NCBI RefSeq assembly: GCF_006345805.1
Contig: NC_043004.1
Location: 81,096,001-81,160,000 of the forward strand
Source of the DNA: Octopus sinensis
Lineage: Eukaryota
Length of the DNA: 64,000 nucleotides
Reading direction: 5' to 3'
Shown here piece after piece: positions 50,476-63,502 of the stretch. Under the pieces are notes generated by a model, which searched no databases, was not told the DNA's origin, and saw only the letters and a program-made list of their open reading frames with translations. The position numbers were made by a program, and so were the translations under genes. Position 1 is the first letter of the stretch; every line of letters begins with the position of its first letter.

Positions 50476-51249
50476 ATGTTTGTGTATGTATGTATGTATG
50501 TGTGTGCGTGTTTTTTCCCCTATGCCATCACTTGACAACCGATGTTGGTGTGTTTATGTGTCCGTAACTTAGCAATGCAGCAAAAGAGACCGATAAAATA
50601 AGTACTAGGCTTGCAAAGAATAAGTCCTGGGGTCGATTTGCTCGACTGAAACTCTTTAAAAGGTGGTGCACCAGCATGGACGCAGTCAAATGACTGAAAC
50701 ACGTAAAAGAATGGTAGAATACACACATACACATACATACATCTGGCAGAATTGTTAGCCTGCTCGCCATGCATGCCTGTATATATGAAATTTAGAATTT
50801 TAGAAAGTGAAAGTAAACTGATCGGAAGTGAAAACATTCACATGCTATCATTTGAAAAATAACAGAAAGTGCGGAATCCTTTAATCTCATTAATGGAACT
50901 CCCTTATTTTGCCGTTTCCGTAGTCACACCTGTTTGGACAGACAGATCCCATTTTGAACTCTTTGCTTAAAAGTAATTAACTATGTTTACTAAAGAACTG
51001 ACTTTCTCTTCGTACCTACCGTACAGCTTGAGCTCATCCATAAGCAATAGATGGTTGTTCTCAGCAGCAGTATTAAAGGAGTCTCAGAGCAGACTTCGAC
51101 GAGAGAAGGCGAGTCATTGAGGTCGTGAATGGCGACGAAATTACTTCCGCTAACAAACAACTGTATCATTGTTCAATCAGTAAATTAAACATCAAACAAA
51201 CGAGCAAATAGTTAGCTGGTTAGATATTTAACTAGCTGACTAATAATTA

Positions 51250-52100
51250 AGTGATATTGTACTAGTGCGTATGTTATTATTATTATTCGCGTAATGTCCC
51301 TCCCAAGACAACAATATTAAGACATTCTTGCATAAAACAAATAATAAAGGAGATAAGTTGGAGGAACTCCATCCTCCCGTCGAGAAGAGAAAAAAGAATG
51401 GGACATCGCTGGCAGTTGACGATCAACTGCCAGCATGCCCCGAAACTCTGTCGGAGGGATGTGTGCCACCGACAGGGGGAGCAATGGCCCCTCCCGGAAA
51501 GAGGAAAGTTGAGTTTGTCGTATTCTTCCTGAAGGGAGGGGTGATAGAAAGCTTCCTAAGGAAGTGAGAAGGCTGGAGGGAGGAACCCTTACCCTGGACC
51601 GAAAACCCGAATTGCCCTTCGCAGATGACTGCGAAGGTCATATCGGAGATCAACAGGTCCTTCCTTAATTGATAATGTTCTTTGGTTATGCCCAGAAGAA
51701 TTCAAATGAAGTGATATTGTACCAGTGCATATGTTATTATTATTATTATTCGGGTAATGTCCCTCCCAAGACACAACAATATTAAGATATTCTTGCATAA
51801 AACAAATAGTAAAGGAGATACAATGTCCCCTTGAAAAATTCCTTTCTTGATTGATAACGTTCTTTGGTTATGTCCAGAAGAATTCCAGAGTTTCATGCTT
51901 TTTATCAAAAACATCAAGTCATTCTTTATAATCCCAAACATGTTCAAACAATCAATGATCCACGACCGTGGTGTCAAGTTATGGGCCTTGTGGTTATCTA
52001 TCCAGGTCATTGCTAAATTTTTCTTTCTTTACTTAAAACGTTTATCCACTATTTTGTCTATGAGAAACTTCTCTTTAGTTCCCTTGCAGTTTTGCTGACA
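51250..52100 (-). pseudogene. Decayed non-LTR RT fragment with a local tandem duplication
   Basis: MTWIDNHKAHNLTPRSWIIDCL..KKGIFQGDIVSPLLFVLC parallels WIDYKKAFDSIPH..GIFQGDTLSPLLF of the long element. Confidence 0.7.
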
Positions 52101-52501
52101 ACTGCGCCCGCCAGAAAAAGCTGATCAGAAGAAATTAAACCAAGTTCATTAAAATCTTGAATCGGCAGAGAAAAGACAGAATTGTTAGCACGCTGGACGG
52201 AATGCTTACCGATACGTTCTGAGTTCAAATGCTTATCGCTACGTTCTGAGTTTAAATTCTGCCAAGGTCGACTTTACATTTCATTCTTTTGGGATCGATA
52301 AATTAAGTAATAAATGAAACACCGGGGTCGAAGTAATCGACTATTCACCCCACAAAAAATTTCAGGCCTATTTCTATATGTACACATATAGTAGAAACGA
52401 TTATTATTATATTATTATTATTATATTATTATTATTATATTTTATTATTTATTATTATTATTATATTATTATATTATTATTATTATTTATTATTATTATT
52501 A

Positions 52502-52830
52502 TTGAGTGAGAAAGCAGTGCATGCCATCAAAGTGACACTGGGGTAAAATATACGAAGCCAATATACCCATCATGACTACCCGTCTGATAAGGGTACACCA
52601 GCACATGCATCACAACCATATGTGCGCGACATGGTGATCTTCATATCAAGATAAACAGCACATGACCTTGCAGTGGGGGCCCAGCCAGTTAGAATTTTAT
52701 AATGTTGAGTAGCCCATCCCGCTCAAAAGGTCCTGAATAAGGGTTGTTTAAGGATGTGAAAGAACCACCCATGTTTCAAGGTGAATTATTCAAACCCCCA
52801 AAATCCCTCTCAACACATGGCTATGATGCT
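52502..52830 (-). mobile_element. Element X, 3' ~330 bp
   Basis: Matches the 3' part of 152-706; co-oriented with the LINE just upstream. Confidence 0.88.
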
Positions 52831-52904
52831 CCCCCCATTATTAATTATTCTTATTATTTTATTATTCTTATTATTATTATTATTATTATTATTCATTATT
52901 ATTA

Positions 52905-52940
<36 letters not shown>

Positions 52941-53098
52941 TAGTTTTATTTTTATAGCGTGCTTTCACTTCACTACCGAGCGCAGCTCTGTGTGCCTTGG
53001 GTATGTGCTGTGATTTGTTGTGATGCTCTGATGGTTATTGTATGGAAAGTGTTCTGCGTAGGATGTGTGCAGTGCCTAGTAGTGCAATTTTCTGTATG

Positions 53099-53677
53099 TT
53101 ATATGTGTTTGTAAGTCCTGGTGTTTTTGTTATGTATTTGTCTGAATATTTTTTTATCATGCCTAATGCACCTACTATGATAGGAATGTGTTTCTGTTTT
53201 CAGATTCCACATTCTAGTTACCTCTATTTCCAGGTCTTTGTATTTTGAGAGTTTCTCCATTTCTTTTAGAGACACGTTGTCATCTGCCGGTATTGATACA
53301 TCAATTAGAAAGCATTTTTTTTCTTCATGATCTCTGACAACTATATCTGGTCTGTTGGCCTTAATTTCTCTATCTGTGTGTATCGGCATATCCCAGAGTA
53401 TGGTTGCTTTCTCGTTTTCTGTGACCTTTTCTGGTGTGTGCCTATACCATCTTTTTTCTGTTGTTATTCCATAATGTTGGCATAGCTTCCAATGTATGTA
53501 GGTTCCAACTCTGTCATGTCTGTGAATATATTCCTTCTTAGCCAGGACTGGGCAGCTAGAGATAATATGATTTATTGTTTCTTGTCCATCTCCACATATT
53601 CTGCAGTTACTTGTAATATTTCTTTTCATTACATGTTTTTGGTAATTTGGTGGGGAGGCTTTGGTCTTGTGCTGCAA
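53099..53677 (-). pseudogene. LINE CCHC zinc knuckle + restriction-enzyme-like endonuclease segment
   Basis: ORF track: CRICG..H..C, HRHDRVG..HW..LC, WD..HTD..KANRPDIVV..IDVSIP..EKLSKYKDL. Confidence 0.9.
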
Positions 53678-54557
53678 TTAAAAATCCCTCTGTTCTGCTT
53701 TGAGTCCTGAGCTTCTCAACCATTGCTGGGATTTTCTTTGTCTATTTCTTTTGCGTTTAGTTTAGTCCAGTATTTACCATGAAGGGGCTTTTCTTGCCAT
53801 CGTTTTATCATGGTTCGTTGCTGTTCTATTTTAGTTTGGATTTCATTTTTTTTATAGCTTTTGTTGTTTCTTCATCTTCTTCTTCTTCTTCTTCTTCATG
53901 TTTATTAGGTGGTATGATTTCTTGTTTGTATTTGTCAGCTTCCTTAAATACTGAGAACAGTTTTTTGTTTTGCTCGTGTTTTGCCGCTATCTGGATCAGT
54001 TTTCCTTCCTTCTGAAGTAGATATTTTTGCAGTCCTATGGTGGTTATTTTATAGTAGTTTTCCAGCTGTATAAGGCCTCTACCACCTTCTATACGTTGTA
54101 TATATAGTCTTTCTATGTCAGATTTTGGGTGATGCATCCTAGATCCTGTCATTATTTTTCTTGTTTTCCTCTATTTGGTCAGTTCATTTCGTGTCCAGTT
54201 AAGGATATTGTAGCTGTAACTTATAACTGGGACAGCTAAAGTGTTGATACCTATTATCTTGTTTTTAGCATTGAGCTCTGTGTTTAGTATTGATCTAACT
54301 CGTCTATAATATTCTTTTTTTATTTTCTCTTTCATTTGTGTGTGTTGTGTCTTATCTAGTTCATGGATTCCTAAGTATTTGTAAGTTTGGCTTTGGTCTA
54401 ATTCTTTTATTTCATTTTTTCATCTAGTGTGATGTTGTTACTCTTAACTAGTTTTCCTCTTTTCATGGTTACTTTGGCGCATTTTTCTAATCCAAATTTC
54501 ATATCTATTTCTTTGGTAAATCCATGAACTGTCTTTAATAGTGTTTCCAGCTGTTTG

Positions 54558-55181
54558 TCATTTGCAGCGTATAGTTTGGTCATCCATATATAAAAGGTGG
54601 CTGATCGTTTTGCCGTAACATTTATATCCGCATCCAGTTCTATTTAGCATATCAGATAGAGGTGACAGTGCCAAGCAGAAAAGGAGTGGAGAGAGCGTAT
54701 CTCCCTGGAATATTCCTCTTCTAATGGGGATGTCTTTGGTTTTCATGAGTCCCTCTTTTGTTTGGAGGTGTAGGACTGTTTGCCATTTATTCATAGAGTG
54801 CTCTATGAATTTTATGATTGTTGGTGCTACTTTGTTAATGACTAGTGTTTCGAGGATCCATGTGTGGGGGATGCTATCAAACGCCTTTTTGTAGTCAATC
54901 CAGGCCATACTGAGGCCTTTCTTCTTTCTGTGGCTGTCTTCTGTGGCTTTATTAATCATTAGTTGATCTTTACAGCCATATGAGCCTTTGCGGCATCCTT
55001 TCTGCTCTTCTGGGAACAGTTTGTATTCGTCCAGGTGCTTGTTCAGCCTTTGCGATATCACTGCAGTAAATGCCTTGAACATAGTAGGGAGGCAGGTTAT
55101 TGGTCTGTAGTTTTCTGGTTTTGTTGTTTCATTTGATTTGGGAATTAAGATGGTTTTCCCCTTCGTGAGCCATTCAGGCAT
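54558..55181 (-). pseudogene. LINE reverse transcriptase core segment
   Basis: LIPK..YRPITCL, EQKGCR, WIDYKKAFDS, RGIFQGDTLSPLLF, HLLYMDD. Confidence 0.95.
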
Positions 55182-55195
55182 TGTCTCTGGCTCTG

Positions 55196-56664
55196 CTAGT
55201 ATGTTGTTAAAGTTTTCAGCCAGCTTTTGTGCATTCCTGTTAGATATTTCAACCAGAAGTTGGGGATCTTGTCATGCCCAGGTGCCTTCCAGTTGCTTAG
55301 TCTTTGCAGTGCCTGGGTGACCTCTTCAGTTGTTATGGGGGTCCAAAGTTGTTCAGATGCCGAGTTTGTTATTCTGATACTCCTTTTTTTTGGTGGTTCG
55401 TTCGCCGACCATATTTCTCCCCAGAATTCTTCCAATTCTTCTGCCGTTGGTGCTGCAGTGACTTCTATTTTATTTTTGCCCAGTTCTTGGTAGAACTTTT
55501 TGGGGTCGGAGTTGAACTTTTTGTTCTGTTCAAAGAAGCGTTGGCGTTTCTCGTACCGGCGGATCCTTTGAGCTTTGGCAAGGATATCTTGCTTCAGCTT
55601 TTCTTTTATCTCCGGCAAATCTTTTTCTGTGTGTTATATTTGCGGAGCATTTTTGTTCTCTTTTTGTTGCTCAGTAGCGTTGCTTGTTTGCTGATTTCAT
55701 TAAGAATCGACAGGTCTTTTCTAATTTTTTTTATTTTGTTTTGGATGTTATTTATCCACAGGGTTTGTTTGGGTGGTGGTACTCCTGTTTGGCGGGTTTG
55801 GGTGAGTATCCAGCTTCTTTTGTGGCTGCAGTGGCTGCTGCGTATATCAAGTCATTTAGTTCAGTGATATCACTTTTTTTTGTTTCAGTGGCTAGTTCAG
55901 TGACGGCTAGGTTTATTTGTTTTATATTGGTGTTGTTATTGCGTTTATTTTTATTCTTGGGAGGTATGGTCGGTGGTCCATTTTGAGCTCTGTGGTTTTC
56001 AGTTCTTTGATTATTTTATTTTTTATATTATCATAATCATTAGGCTCCCCTTCGTTGTTTACATCGTGTTTGTTGGGAATGTTGCGTTTGTCTTCGTGTT
56101 TTACAGTTTCAGTGTTTATATTATTGGGCATTGTTGTGTGGCTTCTATCTACATTTTCCTGGTGTATGTTTTCTTTTAGGTGTTCTATTTCTATTTCTGA
56201 TATTTTTTTTGTGTTGAGAATGTATCTTCGTACGTTAGCTAATTTATTAGGGTTCATTGCTGTATCCAAGTCTAAATCTCTATTTTTTCCTTCCATATTT
56301 TATATGTATGTGTTGTTGTATTTTCATTTTTTGGGTAGAGTACTGCTGTGAAGTATGCGTGTAAGATAGAAATGTATTCCTCACGTGTCCATTTACGTCT
56401 TTTGGGTTTTATTTGCGGGACATGAGGTACAACGTCCGGCCCATTATTTTGACGGTCGTCATTTTCGTAGGGTACCGGTCCGTTTATTTCTGTTGTCACA
56501 TTATTTCGCACGTGTAGTTTTTCGTACATTTTTTGTTGTAGGTTTAATGTACGTACCGCTCGATTGTTATTCTTGGGTTGAATAGTATCGGTGGCATTTA
56601 ATTTCTTCGTAGTTCCTTTGTACATGGTGTTTGGGGTCGGAGATGATCGTGATGTTTCACGCAT
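55196..56664 (-). pseudogene. LINE ORF N-terminal region, broken into three ORF pieces
   Basis: KRRKWTREEY; NKLANVRRYIL; AQRIRRYEKR..QNKKF..PKKFYQEL; WKAPGHDKIPNFWLK. Confidence 0.8.
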
Positions 56665-56883
56665 GTTTACATGTGTTGCGTTAGAGGTGGAGATGATATC
56701 GAGTCAAAATACATCATTTCGTTTCGAAAATAGTAATAAATTTCAATTTGTATTACTTACTCGGATACAGTCCAATTCTTTGTTAGTAAAACTTTGGCTC
56801 CATAGGATGTCCTTGTTTTCGATGTTTGTGGATAGGTTCGGAGCTCTGAATTTTCTTCTTACATCTTAAAAGTCCCCCGGTGT

Positions 56884-56914
<31 letters not shown>

Positions 56915-56968
56915 TTCTTCTTATTCTTCTGTCTTTATTATTATTATTTATTATTATCTTTATTATTA

Positions 56969-57024
<56 letters not shown>

Positions 57025-57204
57025 TATTATTATTATGTTGTTATCATTATTATCAGTATTATTATTAATATTGCATAATATACGTTAATATATAATGAGA
57101 AAAATTTACTTAATGGATGCGTATCTGGTTAAACTTATAACTGTAAAATCTATTAACCTGTTTTTTTTTATATATATTGCTCATTACGGTTATTATTATT
57201 ATTA

Positions 57205-57252
<48 letters not shown>

Positions 57253-57357
57253 TCACTTCTATTTTCTTACTTTCGTCCTTCATTTTCTTTCCTTTATTTT
57301 AATATTTCTTTATCAGAAAAAACAAACACTACACTAGACTCAGCGACGAGACGGCGC

Positions 57358-57420
57358 AAACGGAAGTGCTTAAGCTTGGGAATTTCCTCTTCCGTTTTGA
57401 CTCCACCTACATATAAAGCT
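57358..57420 (+). promoter_or_regulatory. Compact ETS-kB-ETS-TATA motif cluster
   Basis: AAACGGAAG 57358-57366, GGGAATTTCC 57378-57387, CTTCCGTTT 57389-57397, ATATAAAG ~57411. Confidence 0.2.
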
Positions 57421-57543
57421 GATGCTGGCCTCGAAATTAATAAACAAAAAAAATAAATAACTACTTAATAGACTTCACAGTCATATACCTATGACGCTCG
57501 CTCATGCACTTACAAACATGAATACGATATAATATATTATAAA

Positions 57544-57577
<34 letters not shown>

Positions 57578-57589
57578 TTGTGTGGTGTA

Positions 57590-57648
<59 letters not shown>

Positions 57649-57859
57649 TCGGGGTGAGTACTTGATAGTTATAAGCACCTGTGTATACCGTTTGGTGGTG
57701 TAGGTGGTGGAGTAAATTGATCAAAATAAAAACATGATGCCAAGGATTCAGCGGTACATATGTTTCGGGCCTTTATTAGAGAGATTTTGAGAGAAGAAAG
57801 AGATGGACGCATCAATTCTATGCTGTTGCCGCATTATGTCGTACGCGAATGAGAGGATT

Positions 57860-57905
<46 letters not shown>

Positions 57906-57939
57906 TATATTCTAAATCAGATCTCTTTTTAAGTGATGC

Positions 57940-58770
57940 GGCCATGCTGGAGCACCGCCTTTAGTCGAACAAATTGACTCCAGGACTTATTCCTTGTAAG
58001 CCTAGTACTTATTCTATCGGTCTCTTTTGCCGAACCTGTACGTTACGGGTCGTAAACACACCAGCATCGGTTGTCAAGCGATGTTGGGGCACACACACAC
58101 GCACAAACATATATAGACACACACACATATACACACAAACACACACACACACAACACACACATATATATATATAGGCGCAGGAGTGGCTGTGTGGTAAGT
58201 AGCTTGCTAACCAACCACATGGTTCAGGGTTCAGTCCACTGCGTGGCATCTTGGGCAAGTGTCTTCTGCTATAGCCCCGGGCTGACCAATGCCTTGTGAG
58301 TGGATTTGGTAGACGGAAACTGAAAGAAGCCTGTCGTATATATGTATATATATATATATATATGTACGTGTGTGTGTGTTTGTGTGTCTGTGTTTGTCCC
58401 CCTAGCATTGCTTGACAACCGATGCTGGTGTGTTTACATCCCCGTCACTTAGCGGTTCGGCAAAAGAGACCGATAGAATAAGTACTGAGCTTACAAAGAA
58501 TAAGTCCCGGGGTCGATTTGCTCGACTAAAGGCGGTGCTCCAGCATGGTCGCAGTCAAATGACTGAAACAAGTAAAAGAGTAAAAGAGTATATATATATA
58601 TACATGTGTGTGTACACGATGGGCTGTTTCGTCCATCAAATCCACTTACAAGGCTTTAATCAGACCCAAGGCTATGGTAAAAGACACTTTCCCAAGATGC
58701 TACACAGAGGGACTGAACCCAGAAGCATGTGGTTGGAAAGCAAACTTCTTACCACAGAGCCACGCCTGCG
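57940..58770. mobile_element. SINE A trio in alternating orientation (- fragment, + full copy 58172-58590, - fragment)
   Basis: Homology to family A. Confidence 0.85.
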
Positions 58771-58997
58771 CATTACTGAGATTACCACAATACCCCACTC
58801 TTGAAAGAGACGCTGGTCAGTCACGGGGTTAACTTCCGGGCTAGTGCTAGACCTCATTAACAGCTGACTGGAATGGAGTAACATGAAATGAAGTGGTTTA
58901 CTCAATGGAAACAACGTACTGCTCTGTGTGGAAACCGAACGTACGATCTTACGATCGTGAGAGCAGCACTCTAACCGCAATGTCATACGTTCATATC

Positions 58998-59385
58998 TGG
59001 ATGGAAGCACTCCGTCGGTTACGACGACGAGGGTTCCGGTTGATCCGAATCAACGGAACAGCCTGCTCGTGAAATTAACGTATAAGTGGCTGAGCACTCC
59101 CCAGACACGTGTACCCTTAACGTAGTTCTCGGGGATATTCAGCGTGACACAGAGAGTGACAAGGCCGGCCCTTTGAAATACAGGTACAACAGAAACAGGA
59201 AGTAAGAGTGAGAGAAAGTTGTGGTGAAAGAGTACAGCAGGGATCACCACCATCCCCCGCCGGAGCCTCGTGGAGCTTTAGGTGTTTTCGCTCAATAAAC
59301 ACTCACAACGCCCGGTCTGGGAATCGAAACCGCGATCCTATGACCGCGAGTCCGCTGCCCTAACCACTGGGCCATTGCGCCTCCA
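58998..59385 (-). mobile_element. SINE family C with 11-bp TSD
   Basis: ACGTTCATATC at 58987-58997 and 59386-59396; near-identical to 17417-17803. Confidence 0.92.
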
Positions 59386-59768
59386 ACGTTCATATCAAAG
59401 ATTCTATAAATAAAAAAAAGAATGACACATTGGAATATTTTCAGGAAATAATGGTAGGATGGCCTGGAATCTCTTTGGTTAAGGCGGGACATAATTGTTT
59501 TCCTTCCTTCGTCGAGTACCCATTGTAAATTATCAAGAAAAAAATTCCTTCCATTATAATTGCTCTTATTTTAGCGTCCTTGGCGTCTAAAATCTTTTGT
59601 GACACATCCTGGTGACCTCTTCGGCGACTCTCCATCATAGGATGTATGACGAAAGATTTCAGACAAACACTAACATGAGAAGAATTATAAAGCTGAAATA
59701 AAGAACGAATATATAATCCGTGTGTTTATTTGGGTAAAAAGAAACATGACCATCCCCGAATATAACAA

Positions 59769-59838
59769 TACAGTAATCTCTTGCTATATCGCGTTTCGCC
59801 TATCGCGGTTCGCCTATCGCGGTTCGCCTATCGCGGTT
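59769..59838 (+). mobile_element. pogo/Tigger-like transposon left end with a 3x14-bp subterminal repeat
   Basis: TA-CAGTAATCTCTTGCTATATCGCG, then CGCCTATCGCGGTT x3. Confidence 0.5.
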
Positions 59839-60840
59839 TATTATTTAAGCTTCTGCCGATTCCTACGTGGTATCGTTTTGCAAGGCTTTGGTCGGCCCGA
59901 CGCTATAATAGAAGACATTTGCCCAAGGTGTCATGCACCGGACCGAACCCAGAACCATGTGGTTGGTAAACAAGCTACTTACCACACAGCCCCACTCCTA
60001 TGTGTGTGTGTGTTTCAGCGTCCATCTTCCAAATCCAGATCCGCTCACAATGCTTTGGTCGGTCCGAGGTTATGGTTGAAGACACTTGCCCATGACACGA
60101 CGCCGCGCAGTATGGAACTGAAGCTAAGATAATTTGGTCGGAGAAGCAAGCTTCTTCTTCTTACTCACTCTGTAGTCGAGCGGCCAAGACAGAGAAGAGA
60201 CATTGGGTAGACAAACGTGACCAAATAAATAATGTATGTTATTGTCGCATGTAATTGTTTCGTACTGATTATAACGAAGAGACTCTAAAAATAACGCGAC
60301 GAAAACTCGAATACAACGAAAAAGAAAAAGAGAGAAATAAATATATACACACCATAAATGAAACAAAAGCAAATAAAAACAATTAAATTGTTATGTAAAA
60401 TTAAGTGTAATTATGTGACTAATAGTAGAATGAAATGAATGACATGACAATGGTCTCTACCAACAATCGTTGCATTCTTGCCTGTTACGTACGCATTAGG
60501 CATTTGCTTTCGATAAAAATTCTTTCCTGCCAATAAACTAAATAATAAGCGTAAAAATTATGGTTATTATTATTATTATTATTATTATTATTTGCCACCT
60601 GGATGATGGATGAGGAGAACAATACAAAGATGAACATATATGAAGAGAGGATTGGGCGTGTGATAAGAAAGTTTGCTTCCCAACCACATGGTTCTGGGTT
60701 CACTCTCACTGCGTGGCACCGTGGAAAACTCGGGCAAGTGTCTTCTACTATAGACTCGAGCCGATCAAAGCCTTGTGAATGAATTTGCTGGACGAAAGCT
60801 GAAAGAATCACGTCGTATAATAAACAAGGAGACCATCTTC

Positions 60841-60878
<38 letters not shown>

Positions 60879-61129
60879 GATGACACTTGCCCGAGGTTCC
60901 ACGGTGCCACGCAGTGAGATTGAACCCAGAACCATGTGGTTGGGAAGCAAACTTCTTATCAAACAGCCAATCCTCTTATGGCGATCACTATGTAATGATT
61001 AAGGAAAATAGTCTAATAACGGAGCATATAAGCTCTCGACAGAAAGAAAGGAAGGCTTTCCTATCTGCGTGGGACACGAACCCACATCCCTTTGTTAACG
61101 CAAAGTGTGTTACCTTATATATATATATA

Positions 61130-61460
61130 AGGCGCATGGCTCAGTGGTTAGAGCGTCGAGCTTACGATCGTGAGGTTGTGAGCTCGAATCCCGGACGGGC
61201 TGCGTGTTGTGTTCTCGAGCAAGGCACTTTATTTTCACGTTGCTCCAGTTCCACTCAGCTGTAGAAATGAGCTGCGACGTCACTGGTGCCAAGCTGTATC
61301 GACCTTTGTCTTTCCCTTGGATAACACTGGTGGCGTGGAGAGGGGAGGCTGGTATGCATGGGCGACTGCTGGTCTTCCATAAACAACCTTGCCGGACTTG
61401 TGTCTAGGAGGGTAACTTTCTAGGTGCAATCCCATGGTCTTCATGACCGAAGGGGGTCTT

Positions 61461-61461
<1 letters not shown>
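61130..61461 (+). mobile_element. SINE family D, full length (tRNA-Arg-like head, CORE-like body)
   Basis: TGGCTCAGTGG A-box, CTTACGA loop, CTCGAATCC B-box-like, TCTCGAGCAAGGCACTT. Confidence 0.88.
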
Positions 61462-61507
<46 letters not shown>

Positions 61508-61519
61508 TATGTATGTATG

Positions 61520-62370
61520 TATGCAGGCGTGGTGAGTATATTGTCATCTAAATACGCAAAAATGAAAATAACACAGGCATCTCATTTTAACAGATATATT
61601 TACCTAAATCACATAAAAATATCTTGAAATACTAAAGAGTAAACTGATTCAATAAAGTCGCCATTGGCTTCAACCCTGGCCTGCAGACGACTTCAGAATC
61701 TCCTGCAACTCTTGTGGATGGTCTCCTTGTTTAAGTTGCTGAATGCTGTCATAATCCTTGTCTTCAGTTCATCTTTGGTGTAACAAAGAGTTTTGTTGGT
61801 CTCTCGCTCAACTGCGCCCCACACATAATAATCAAGAGGTTTGCAGTCTGGGGAACTAGGTGGCCAGATGTTAGGGGTGAAATTGTCTGACAGCCATGGC
61901 TAGGTTCTCCTACTTAAGTGGCATGGTGCAGAGTCCTGTTGCCAGACATAGAGTCTTCCATCAGCCACCCTCTTAACCAACGGCAGCACTACCTACCCCA
62001 GGCATTTGATGTAGGCCTCCATCTTGAGTCTGAGGCTGTATGGAAAGATGAATGGAGGCATAACATCGCCATCACTAGTGATAACTCCAAACATGATGCT
62101 GAGTGGTTGTCTGATTTTTATCATTCTCGATACATGTCCTCAGATAGCACTGTCCTCAGGTTGATACCCAAACATTTTCAAATATTTGTATTGAGCTTCC
62201 GGCGCGAATGCCAAGCAATACATGTCGTTTCCAAATGTCTGGCAGAGTGAACATGGTATTGTTTTCTCATAGACGGTGCCCAACTGAGCCTACTATACTC
62301 TAGCGTCAACGAAATCAAAAATAAACAGTGCGACAGTTTAACCATCGCATCCTTTATATATGGGTGTATA
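61520..62370 (-). pseudogene. Decayed Tc1/mariner DDxD transposase (maT/DD37D-like), C-terminal half
   Basis: Hand translation: GRLYVWQQDSAPCHLSRRT*PWLSDNFTPNIWPPSSPDCKPLDYYVWGAVERE..ANGDFIE; weak TIR-like ends. Confidence 0.8.
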
Positions 62371-62390
62371 TCTGTGTGTGTGTGTGTGTG

Positions 62391-62431
<41 letters not shown>

Positions 62432-63081
62432 TGTGTGTCGCATGATATAAATATTAATTTCAAATTTTAGCACAAGGCCAGCAATTTCGGTGGTGGTATT
62501 AATTCGATTTCATCGCTCCCAACGCTCGACTGGTATTTATCTACCCTGATAGGTTCAAAAAGGCAAAATTGGCCGCGGCGGAATTTGCGCTCCGAACGTA
62601 AAGACGGAAGAAATGCCGCTAAGCATTTGAAATTTTGGCTCAAGGGCAACAGTTTTTAAGGAGAAAAGGGGTTGGATGATTACATCGGCTCAAGCACTCG
62701 ACCAGTACTTCATTTTATCTATCCTGAGAAAGGCCAAGTTGATTGGAGTGGGATTTGAACTCATAGTGTAATGAACCAGAACAAAGATTGCAGTGTATTC
62801 TTTCGACTGCCTGACTTTTCTACCAACCTCACTAACCACTCTAATAAATCCGACTTACGCACAAGTTCAGGAAATTTGAGAATAGGGGGCTGATCGATAT
62901 CTTCCACCCGAGTAAGTAACTGGTACTTTATTTTATCGACCACAAGCAGTATGAAAGTCAACGTTGACCTCGACCGGATTTGAACTTGGAATATATTGTG
63001 CTGTAAAGGACAAATAAATTGTGTGGTAGGCAGGGTCAGATTAAGATCCATAGAAGCCCTAAGGATTTTGGTGATCCTATA

Positions 63082-63502
63082 CTCTTTACTCTTTTACTTG
63101 TTTCAGTCATTTGACTGCGGCCATGCTGGAGCACCGCCTTTAGTCGAGCAAATCGACCCCGGGACTTATTCTTTGTAAGCCCAGTACTTATTCTATCGGT
63201 TTCTTTTTGCCGAACTGCTAAGTGACGGGGACGTAAACACACCAGCATCGGTTGTCAAGCAATGCTAGGGGGACAAACACAGACACACAAACACACACAC
63301 ACACATACATAATATATATTATATATATTATATATATATATACGACAGGCTTCTTTCAGTTTCCGTCTACCAAATCCACTCACAAGGCATTGGTGGCCCG
63401 GGGCTATAGCAGAAGATACTTGCCCAAGATGCCACGCAGTGGGACTGAACCCGGAACCATGTGGTTGGTTAGCAAGCTACTTACCACACAGCCACTCCTG
63501 CC
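63082..63502 (-). mobile_element. SINE family A, full length
   Basis: Head through tail. Confidence 0.92.

Larger units (their letters stand above)
52937..56883 (-). mobile_element. Near-full-length R4/Dong-clade non-LTR retrotransposon (single ORF, REL endonuclease), frameshifted
   Basis: N-terminal RRKWTREE motif, RT domain, CRICGDGQETINHIISSC zinc knuckle, RHD..RPDIV..D..K REL motif; (TAA)n on both sides; no APE domain seen. Confidence 0.9.

Noticed and set aside
61130-61210. tRNA genes at SINE heads (also 17417-17803, 58998-59385)
   Set aside because: A/B boxes are present but the acceptor stem is not formed and the sequence runs into a SINE body.
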